Origin: Fonticula alba ATCC 38817
Lineage: Eukaryota; Protista; Nucleariida
DNA: 13,805 nucleotides
Reading direction: 5' to 3' (one strand)
NCBI GenBank assembly: GCA_000388065.2
Contig: KB932202.1
Shown: piece after piece, positions 1 through 8,462 of the stretch
How positions within the stretch are numbered: position 1 is the first letter of the stretch
Layout: the number at the start of each line of letters is the position of its first letter
Notes under the pieces: generated by a model
What the model saw: the letters and a program-made list of their open reading frames with translations, nothing else
What the model was told of the DNA's origin: nothing
Databases searched by the model: none
Translations under genes and position numbers: made by a program

Positions 1-2266
1 CGCCCCTCCCGGGCTGGTGGCGGGCGGCTGTCACAGGCCGGCCCGCCCGGCGCGGCCGGCGGCGCTTGTGCATGCAGGGTTCTGCGCCGCCTCGCGGCCC
101 GTGGCCCGGCGCGGCCCGTGGCCCGGCGCGGCCCCTCTCCTCGACCGACCCCGAGGTATGTGTCTGCGGCACGCGCGCGCCGGAGCCGCGGGCACCCGCG
201 ACCCGTTTTGTTTAGGGTTCCTGCCCGGGCGCCCGGCGCGCCCCCTCTCCGGGCTGCCCCGTCTCCGCCGGCGCCTGCGGCACCCGGCCGATGGGGCCCC
301 GCGAACGGGCGCCCATCCGCGCACATCAGTACACACCGGCACAGGCGCGCGCGCCCCCCCCCCCCCCCGCTCCCAGTTCGGCCCCCCGCCGGGATCTCTC
401 TCGCGCCCTCTCCCCCGGCCGCCCGGCCGCACATTCCTGACAATGCCGGGGAGTCACGTGTGCGGTCTCTCGCCGGGCGCCCCCTGGCCCGGCGGTGACC
501 CTGCCCCCCCCCCCGCCGATTTTCCGGGCGCCGCCCCGGCCGCAGCTACCATCGTTAGATGCGCCCGGCGTCCGGTGGGAGCTCGCGGGGCCGGGGGCCC
601 CTTTTGTGGTGCCCGGCCGGTGTGGCCGCCGGCCAGCGACCGTGCGCGCCTGGAGCCATACACACAATGATCTTATCTGACCGGTGCGTGCGCGTGTGCG
701 CGCGCGGGCCTGCGCCGCGCCGGCTCGCCTTCTCCTCCTCCTCCTCCTCCCCCTTCCTCCGCCCTCCGCCCTCCTCCTCGCCACCCGCCGCCGGGCTCTC
801 CCATCACGACCGGGCCTCCGGCGTCTCCTGCCGCCCTCCCGGTCTGGGACTGCCCCCTCCCTCCGCCTGGGAGGGGGCGGGGGGCGTGTGGACGGGCCTC
901 CGGCCCCTCCGGAGGGCGGGCTGGGCGCGGGCTGTGGAGGCGCGGAGCAAGTGCGAACGCCGACGCACGCCCGCGTGCCTCCGCGCCCCCGATGATCTGA
1001 CCACTTGGCTGAGGCGATACACAAACATCCCGGCGGCCTCACTGGCCGCTGGTGCCGATGATGCCCCCCCCCCCCCCTTCCCCTTTGGCAATTGAATGTT
1101 TCCCCGCCATGGCGCCCTCCGCACATGCTGTGTCGTCCGCGCGCCCGCGCCCGCGGCATTGCGCCTGCAGCGGGCGCGCCGACACGCGGCCCAGCCACGG
1201 GTGACAGGCCACTTGCCCGCCAGTCCAAGCGCCGGGTGTCCCGGTGGCGGCGGTCGGCGACGCGCTGGCCCCGGGGCCGGGGAGCGATCCTCCGTCCAGC
1301 AGGGGGCAGTGTTTCTGGGGGAGGGGGGAGGGGGGGAGAGGGGAGGTGGCGCCGGGTAGCGGCGACAACAGGCCTGAGGGGCGGCGGTGTGGCCCCCACG
1401 GTAGGCCCCGTCCGTGTATGGACGCGAGCCGGCATTTGGGGATTTAGCATGTCTGTCCCTGTCAGCAGATGCGCAGGTCGCATGCAAGGCGCAACGACGC
1501 TGTCGCAGCGGCCCGGCAAGAGGAGGCCGAAACGCCCTGGCCCAGTGTGCCAGACGGCCCAAGCACGGGCCACCACTGGGCCGGATCACGCGGGAGACCG
1601 GGAGACCGCCTGCCCAATCACGCCACGCGCCGGGTCTATTTGGCGCACATTTTTGACACGCGTTCTGGTCCTTCGGGGCATCGTCATCGGCCGGGCTCCG
1701 CCGCCGGCGGCGGGGGGGGAGCATGCGCGGCCGGCCACCGGGGGCCGCCACCGGAGAACGTGGGTCGCGCCGTGCAGATGCATGGTCCGCGGCCCGGGCG
1801 GGGCGCGGCCCGCTGTTCCGTCGGCCCCCCTCCCTGGGCCCATTTCGGCGCCCCCCCCCCCCCCCCTCCGGCCAAGCGAGAAGGCGCACGCACTCCCGGC
1901 GCCTGCCGGGCAGTTGGCCCACCCCGGCCCGCGCAGGCCCCTTCCCCTCGCGGCATGCCGCCCGCCGCAGGCCGAGAGCCTGCGGGGGTGGCACAGCACG
2001 TTGCCGCGCCTCCCAGCTGGCAGCCCGTCGGGGCGGGCCCGCGGGGGCGGGGGCACTCACGGGGCGCCGGCAGCCGCCCCCCCCCCCCTTCCCCCGCCTG
2101 GTGGCAGGGACAACAACAAACACCCCCCCCGTCCCCGCCAGGGCCAACACCCTTCTGCGCCCCTGGACGCGGGGCGGCGTCTCGCCCAGGCCGGGGACGG
2201 GCTTCGCGGAAGAGCACCTCGCCCCCGGCATATTACGCTCACACACCCGCACACCCGCGCCCCCGC

Positions 2267-2294
2267 GCACGCACGCACACACACACACACACAC
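2267..2294. repeat. (GCAC)n/(CA)n microsatellite
   Basis: Read directly. Confidence 0.85.
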
Positions 2295-3042
2295 GGTCGC
2301 GCCCGGGGAGAAAGGTGGAACACGCCACCAGCGCGGGCCGCCGGGGCTGCTGCCACCGGACCGGGATAGCCCGGGGGCATCATCTGGCCCGGGGCCGGTT
2401 CTCTAGAGCGCCGGCGCTCCAGGCCGCGGGGGAGATCCATCCCGGCGGCGGCGGCGGCGGCGGCGGACGTGTGCCTTGCTTGCTTTTGCGTTCGCGCGCG
2501 TGCGGCACAGGGGCCCCCGCGGCGGAACCACAATCCCGTCGTGGTCGTGGTCGTGGTCGTCGTCGTACCTAAGCAGCCATTTCTCGTGGCCATCGCTCCG
2601 TCCCGCCTTCCGGGGTCCCGGCCAGGTGGCGGAGCGCCGATCCTCCGCCCCCCCCCCCCCCCGCCCCCTCTCCCGAGACGGAAACAGCGTGAATGTGGCC
2701 ATCCATGTCGGTGGCCGATTGACTGGCACCTCCCCCCTCCCCGCCCCTGGGCTCCGGAGGCGCGGGCCTGCCGCGGCCGGCCGGCCGGCCGGGGGGGCGT
2801 CTGCCGGCAGGGTGGTGCGGCCGGCCGAGACGCGCATGATCCTGCGGTGCTTTTTCACGCCCCGCCGCGACTCGGCTCCGGGGCGCCCGCCTGGCGCCCA
2901 GACACCACCCTATCCCTCTCTCTCTCTCTCTCTCTCCCTCTTCATACACGCACCCTGTCCCTGCTCCCCCCCTCTCGCCCTCCCTGCCCCCAGCTCCTAC
3001 TCCCCCCTCCCCCCTGCCCCCGCCCTCGCCCCCTTCACGCAC

Positions 3043-4643
3043 ATGGGAAGCACCCCCGACGCTGGCGGAAGCCCCGCGCCGTCGGCTCTCCCCAGCCCGG
3101 CCAAGAAGCACATGCCGGCCCCGGCCATCGAGCTGAGCCCGGTGGACCAAGATGCCGGGTCCCTGCCGCCGGCCGACCGGGAGGCCCCGCCGACCCCGAC
3201 GCCGCCCATCAACAAGCAAACCTTCTCCTACATGAGCCGGTCCTTCCTGGCCGGCGGCCTGGCCGGGTGCATCGCCAAATCCTCGGTGGCCCCGCTGGAC
3301 CGGGCCAAGATCCTCTTCCAGGCCGGGCACCCGGAGTACACGCGCCACCGGGGGACCCTGCTCGGGGTGTTCCGCGCCCTGCGGACCATCCACCAGCAGG
3401 AGGGCCTGCGCGGGCTCTTCCGCGGCAACTCCGCCACCCTGGCCCGGATCTTCCCGTATGCGGCCATCCAATTCATGTCCTACGAGCAAATCAAAGCGGT
3501 ACGCCTGGGGTCGCCCGATGCGTTGTCTATTGTCGTTGCGGTTGTCGTGGTTGCTGCTGCTGTTGTTGTTGCTGCTGTTGCTGCTGCTGTTTCAATCGCT
3601 GCTGCTATCCCTGCTGCTGCCGCTGCTGCCGCTGCTGCCGCTGCTGCCGCTGCTGCCACTGCTGCCACTGCCACCACTGCCACCACTGCCACCACTGCTA
3701 CCGCTGCTGCTACTGTCGCCGCTGCTTTTGTTGTTGCTGTTCCCCCACCCCTCGGCCCACCACCAGCCCCACTCACGCACTCCCCCCTCCCCACTGCAAA
3801 CACACAGTTCTTCAACAAAAACCAGGACTTCGAGCAGCCATACACCCGCGCCCTGGCCGGCGCCGGCGCCGGCATGCTCTCCGTCCTCGGGACATACCCG
3901 CTGGACATGGTCCGCTCGCGGCTGGCCTTCCAGGTGGTCAACCGCACGGCCGGGCTGCCCTCGCAGCAGGCCACCACCCTGCTCGGGGCCCTGCGCGCGG
4001 CCATCGACGAGGGCGGCGCGCGCGGGCTCTTCCGCGGCTTCGGGCCCACCATGCTGGGCATTGTCCCCTATGCCGGTGTCTCCTTCTTCACGTATGACTC
4101 GCTGAAGGCGGCCGCGCTGCGGGCCCTGGCCGCACGCGAGAATGCCCACCTCCCGGCCGGCGCCCTGGCCGTCGATTATCGCGACTTGCGCATGCCGCCC
4201 CCGGTGGCCATGGCCGTGGGGTTCATCGCCGGCGGTGTGGCCCAGACCGCGGCCTACCCGCTGGATGTCGTCCGGCGGAGGATGCAAGTGGAGGCCGTCC
4301 GGCCGCTGGCCGTGCAGAATGGCACCCCGCTGTATGCGCACGCGGCGCCCGACGCCTACAAGTCCATTCGCCGGGCCTTCGGGTGCGTCCGGCCTCGGCC
4401 TTTTCGGCCCCTCCTCGTCGCGAGAATCCCCCCCCCCCCCTCCACCCGCCCTTTGTCGCTTACTGGTACTGACCGCGGGCGCTTCTCCACTCGCCGGGCC
4501 ACCCCACACCCAGGCACATTCTCCGAACCGAGGGCTGGCGCGGCCTCTACGTCGGGCTTTCGATCAACTTCATCAAGGTCGCCCCGGTGACCGGCATCTC
4601 CTTCCTTGCGTACGAGCAGCTGAAGCAGCTCTTTAACATCTAG
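3043..4643 (+). CDS. LEU5: Mitochondrial carrier family protein, Leu5/SLC25A16/SLC25A42-like (probable coenzyme A transporter); exons 3043-3498, 3808-4382, 4514-4643; about 386 aa
   Basis: Three carrier signature motifs Px[DE]xx[KR]: PLDRAK, PLDMVR, PLDVVRRRMQ. The segments GLFRGNSATLARIFPYAAIQFMSYEQIK and GLYVGLSINFIKVAP resemble Leu5/Graves-disease-carrier sequences as I recall them. Introns 3499-3807 (GTACGC..CACAG, phase 0) and 4383-4513 (GTGCGT..CCCAG, phase 2) restore a continuous frame ending in TAG at 4641-4643. The start codon is uncertain (in-frame ATGs at 2836, 3043, 3112, 3232). Family assignment is firm; substrate and gene symbol are inferred. Confidence 0.9.
3532..3740. repeat. 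Compound trinucleotide/nonanucleotide repeat (GTT/GCT, then GCCGCTGCT, then ACTGCCACC units) inside carrier intron 1
   Basis: Read directly from the sequence; the unit changes gradually along the tract. Confidence 0.9.
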
Positions 4644-4777
4644 ACAGCCCTCCCCTTCCCCTCTGAGGAGCAGCCGGCCGCGACGCGTGTGTGTGTGTGT
4701 CCCCTCCCCGCCGGCGGCCCGGCTGCTCGCGTCCTTGCCCCCCCCCCCCCCCCCCCCCCCACCAGCCCTCATGCACC

Positions 4778-4783
4778 ATTAAA
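4778..4783 (+). terminator. Putative polyadenylation signal ATTAAA for the carrier gene
   Basis: An AT-rich island 135 nt after the stop codon, followed by a T-rich element at 4803-4810, in otherwise very GC-rich DNA. Confidence 0.5.
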
Positions 4784-4895
4784 ATACATAGACTTTCCAG
4801 GGTTTTTCTTCGCACGAGGGGGCACCTTTTGCGCGCGCGCGCGCGCGATCCCCCCTTTAGCCGCGCACGCGCATGGGCCATTTGATGTTTTGGGT

Positions 4896-4901
4896 TTTAT
4901 T
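4896..4901 (-). terminator. Putative polyadenylation signal AATAAA for p23
   Basis: TTTATT on the plus strand, about 155 nt downstream of the p23 stop. Confidence 0.6.
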
Positions 4902-5056
4902 GACCGCACAGAGGGCCGCGCGCGTGCATGCGCACGCGACTGGGGGAGGGGGAGAGAGAGAGAGAGGGAAAGGCGGGGGATGCTGTGTGTGTGTATGTAG
5001 GGAGGGGGGAGGGCGCCGCGACCGGATGCATGGCGCCAGGGTGTGCTTGTGCGCGC

Positions 5057-6021
5057 TTACTCGTCGCCCATGCCGGGGAAGCCGCCCATGCCGCCACCGC
5101 CCTGCTGCAGCTGGCTCAGGAGGGCCGCCATGTCGACGTCGCCCATGCCGCCACCGGCGCCGCCCATGCCGCCGAAGCCGCCGGCGCCACCGAAGCCGCC
5201 CATGCCGCCGGCGCCGGGGAAGTCGGGCTCGTCGTCGGACTCGTCCTCGTCGACCCAGCGGGCGAAGTCGGTCTTGACGAAGGGGAGCTGTGCGCCAGTG
5301 GTGTGTCAGGGGGGGGGAGGGAAGTGCGTGAGTCACAGTGCCGACACGCAGGGGGGGGGGGGAGCAGTGCGCAGGAGGGAGGGGGCGTCCATGCGTACCT
5401 TGGCGCTGCCCTTGTTCAGGCGATCCCAGAAGCCGTCGGCCTTCTTGCTGATGGTGAAGAAGGCATGGCGGCCGGTGATCTCGCGGGTGCACTCCTACGC
5501 AGCGCGGGAGGGCGCGCGACAGAGCAGGACCAGGGGGAGGAGGGGGCAGGGGGAGGGGGAGGAAGCAGCCAGTGGCGATGGTCAGTGCAAGGCGAACCCT
5601 CCGGAAGGGCCCCTGCGGGGCACACGCGAAGGCAGGGCGACCTCGCGCGCCGGGACACGCACATCAGGGTTGACCTGAGCGAAGAACTCGATGGTGAAGG
5701 CGTAGACCTTGCCGCCGGAGCCGGTCACGCGGAAGTCGATCTTGTCCTCGGTGATGATGATGTCGTCGGTGTTGGTGTCGATATCGGGCACATCAACCGT
5801 CAGGTAGATGAGGTTGTTGCGCTGGGCCCAGAGGACGGTGGGGGTGCTGGCGGCGCCGGGCCGGCGACAGGAGGGCGAGAGCCGAGGCGGGTCGTCAGTG
5901 GCCGGCGTCAAGGAGGAGACGGGAGGAGGGCGCGCTGTGCGTGCGTGCGTGTGTGCGTGTGTGTGTGTGTGTGCATATATGACAGCGGGGGAAGCGAGGG
6001 GGACACATACAAAGTGGCCAT
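5057..6021 (-). CDS. SBA1: Hsp90 co-chaperone p23 (Sba1/Wos2/PTGES3 family, CS domain); exons 6021-6011, 5846-5663, 5494-5399, 5287-5057; 173 aa
   Basis: The spliced product reads MATFTPTVLWAQRNNLIYLTVDV...FWDRLNKGSAKLPFVKTDFARWVDEDE..., containing the p23 hallmarks WAQR, WxRL and KxDFxxWVDEDE, followed by a Gly/Met-rich tail. Introns: 6010-5847 (GTATGT..GCCAG), 5662-5495 (GTGCGT..CGTAG), 5398-5288 (GTACGC..CACAG). Stop TAA at 5059-5057. Confidence 0.92.
5937..5975. repeat. (GTGC)n/(GT)n microsatellite in p23 intron 1
   Basis: Read directly. Confidence 0.85.
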
Positions 6022-6319
6022 GGTGATAGAAAGGAGGAAGGGGGGGGGAGGAAGAGACAAAACAGGTAAGCTCTGCTGCCGGGGGGGGAGGGGTGCCAGG
6101 GGCCGAGGGGCTGGCTTTTCGACCGTCATCCGCCGGCCGCCTCGCCCAGAGGGCGGGCAAGAGCGAGGCGAAACCCCACCATCCGCGGGCGAATGCGTTG
6201 CCCCCCCGCCCCCCCCCCCCCCACTCCCCCCCAGCTCCCGCTCCGGCTGGCGCCCCGGCCCGCGTCCGCGCGCCCTCCCCCTCCCCCGGTCCACACGCAC
6301 ACGCTCACGCACACGTACA

Positions 6320-6340
6320 CGCGCGCGCGCGCGCGCGCGC
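6320..6340. repeat. (CG)10 dinucleotide tract
   Basis: CGCGCGCGCGCGCGCGCGCGC, about 300 nt upstream of the p23 ATG. Confidence 0.9.
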
Positions 6341-6677
6341 TCGACACGTCCCGGGGGAGGGGATGGGGCGCTCCGCAGGGCTGCCGCAGCCAAGGGCCGG
6401 GGCCGAGGGGGTGACAGACAGCCGGCCGGGGGCTGGAACAACGCCCAAACACCCCGCCGCCGTGGAGACTAGAGACAGACGCACCAGCGGACGCACACTC
6501 GTCGGGCATCGAGATTATTCTGGAAACGAGCGCGGCACGTGATGTCGCCCGCCGCCGACGGCACAAGCAGACGAAGCGCCCTGGCCGCGGGCCCCGCCAG
6601 CCGGGGGGGGGGGGAAGCCGCGCGCCGCGTACAGTCTTCGTGGTCCGTGGTGGGCGTGCGTACACACCTGCGCCCGG

Positions 6678-6713
6678 CCCCCCCCCCCCCCCCCCCCCCC
6701 CCGCCGCTCCCCG

Positions 6714-6752
<39 letters not shown>

Positions 6753-6782
6753 CCCCCCCCCCGCCCCCCCCCCCCCCCCCCC
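6678..6782. repeat. About 105-nt poly(C) tract with sparse G/T interruptions
   Basis: Read directly; lies between the ESD 3' end and the p23 upstream region. The exact length may be unreliable in the assembly. Confidence 0.9.
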
Positions 6783-7106
6783 TCCGGCCGCCAAGGGAAA
6801 TCTCTGCGAGTGTGTTCACCGTTGCACTACTCCTTGTACTTTCCCGAGATCTCCACCCGCCCTCCCCTTCCTGCTCCTCTTCCCACATACGCCCCCCTCT
6901 CGCTGACGCCCTGCATCAATACACAGATTCAACTGCGATGTCGATGTATAGATATACATGTGTATTTGCGTGTGTGTGTGTGTGTGTGTCCATCTGCCGC
7001 GCGAGGGGAGGCACATACACGCACACACACACACACACACACATACACACGCGGGCCACAGCGCCCAGGGGAGGGAGGGCAGTGGGCCGGCATTCCTCCC
7101 GGCCTC

Positions 7107-7569
7107 TTAGCAGCCCAGGTGCTTGGCGTGGAAGGCCACATGCTCCTCGGCGAAGGACTGGATGAAGTAGTAGGAGTGGTCGTAGCGCGGGTGCAGGCGG
7201 ATGGTGGCGTCGATGTGCTCGGCGGCCGGGGTGCCGGCGGCCACGGCCTTCTGCAGGGCCTCCGGCAGGAGCTGGCCGGCCTTCAGGAAGTTGTCCTCCT
7301 CGCCCTGGTCCACGAGCATGGGCAGCCGGGCGCCGGACTCCGGGTGCTGGTAGGCGCTGGCCAGCAGGGTGGCATCGTACGCGGCCCACGCGGCCTGGTC
7401 CTCCGACCCGAGGTACGCCCCGAAGCCCTTCTTGCCCCACGGGCACTGGGTGGGGTGGCAGATCGGGGCGAAGGCCGACACCGACTGGAAGGCGCCCGGG
7501 TTCTTGAGGGCCGAGATCAGGGCCCCGTGGCCACCCATGGAGTGGCCCATGATGGACATCTTGCCGTTC

Positions 7570-7614
<45 letters not shown>

Positions 7615-8398
7615 GCGTGTGCGTGTGCGTGTGCGTGTGCGTGTGCGTGTGCGTGTGCGTGTGCGTGTCGACATCATGCACGAGCGCGCGCCCAGACCGA
7701 GCTCAATGTTAGAGGAGAGCCGAAGGACTCGCGCACAGGGGGCCGCACGCGGACGCACCAAAATGTCCAGCTGCCCCAGCACAGCCGGCAGCTCGTGGTT
7801 CACGTAGGAGAACATCTTGTACCCGCCGGCCACCCACTTGGCCACCGTGGCGTCGACGTAGAACCCGGCACCCACGCCGAGGTCCCAGTTGTCGCGGTCG
7901 CCCTCCACCGGGGCCAGGCCGCGGGGGAGGTGTCGGGCGCGACGCACGCGATCCCATGCTCGGCCAGGGCCTTCAGCAGGCCGGACGCCTTGTGGAAGCC
8001 GGTGTCCTCGTTGCAGGTGAGCCCGGCCAGGTAGATGACCAGCTGCAACGGACAGGGGCAGGGGGGGGGGGAGAGAGAGAGACGGAAGAGAGAGCGCGCG
8101 CGCGCACGCACACACACACGCCTGGAGGTCAGTGACAGGAGAGGGGGAAGGGGGAGAACAGGCGACGCGGCAGACGGCGACGGCGCCGGTGGGCCCGTCC
8201 GTCGGCGCTGGGCGCACGCACCGGGACCTTCTTCCCGGCCAGGGCGGCCGGCGGGACGAAGACGTTGAACTGCATCTTGGAGGGGCCCTCGCCAGCCGAG
8301 TCGGCCAGGGTGCCGGAAATGGTGTCCGACATGTGGCTGTACTTGCGGACCTCGCCGCCGTGGCAGAAGTTGGTGGACAGGAGCTGCAGGGTGGACAT
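7107..8398 (-). CDS. ESD: S-formylglutathione hydrolase / esterase D; exons 8398-8222, 8042-7759, 7568-7107; one base missing at 7923-7927 (307 aa if restored)
   Basis: Motifs [27 protein letters not shown], catalytic Ser in [24 protein letters not shown], Asp in DQGEEDNF and His in YDHSYYF. Introns 8221-8043 (GTGCGT..TGCAG) and 7758-7569 (GTGCGT..CGCAG). Exon 2 is 284 nt between two phase-0 junctions, and homology switches frame at DTSP|RG. Confidence 0.92.
7570..7668. repeat. 99-nt perfect alternating purine-pyrimidine microsatellite, (GT)18 then (GCGTGT)10, in ESD intron 2
   Basis: Read directly; it abuts the 3' splice site of ESD intron 2 (minus strand ...ACACACGCAG). Confidence 0.95.
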
Positions 8399-8418
8399 GG
8401 TTTGTGTGTGTGTGTGCG

Positions 8419-8428
8419 NNNNNNNNNN
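8419..8428. other. Assembly gap (10 N)
   Basis: Run of N directly after a short (GT)n tract, 20 nt upstream of the ESD start codon. Confidence 0.99.
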
Positions 8429-8462
8429 CCTCGCCGCCGTGGCAGAAGTTGGTGGACAGGAG
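8429..8462. repeat. 34-nt exact duplicate of ESD exon 1 sequence (copy of 8350-8383)
   Basis: CCTCGCCGCCGTGGCAGAAGTTGGTGGACAGGAG occurs at both 8350-8383 and 8429-8462. Confidence 0.95.

Noticed and set aside
667-689. ATG ATC TTA TCT GAC CG|GTGCGT as a short first exon (MILSDR, like the start of dCTP deaminases)
   Set aside because: TTA and TCT are atypical codons here, and I found no downstream acceptor giving a credible open exon.
666-1065. ATGAT and CTGA motifs suggesting a C/D snoRNA
   Set aside because: Spacing and order do not fit a C/D box pair, and there is no terminal stem.
1438-1480. GATTTAGCATG resembling part of U6 snRNA
   Set aside because: Only about 9 nt match; there is no ACAGAGA box or other U6 element.
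17-2600. Many overlapping Pro/Arg/Gly/Ala-rich ORFs of 200-500 aa
   Set aside because: Stops are rare at this GC content, most begin at non-ATG codons, they cross homopolymer runs, and they contain no recognisable domain.
2569-4509. Long antisense ORFs over the carrier (2569-3489, 3480-4061, 3592-4509)
   Set aside because: Expected shadows of strongly GC3-biased coding sequence and repeats; no motifs.
2476-4590. 704-aa ORF as a single novel protein
   Set aside because: It is a read-through of upstream sequence, two carrier exons and two introns; the true C-terminus is in another frame after intron 2.
4797-4807. CCAGGGTTTTT shared with 13672-13682
   Set aside because: An 11-nt match with no extended similarity; compatible with chance.
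4928-6472. 514-aa plus-strand ORF and similar ORFs opposite p23, ESD and Ras
   Set aside because: Antisense mirror frames crossing introns and microsatellites; no independent coding signal.
6126-7165. Poly-Pro (formin/extensin-like) and poly-Gly ORFs
   Set aside because: Simply the translation of the poly(C) tract; no flanking domain or splice support.
7107-8398. Calling ESD a pseudogene
   Set aside because: There is only one lesion, in a homopolymer near a gap; the catalytic triad, splice sites and codon bias are intact.
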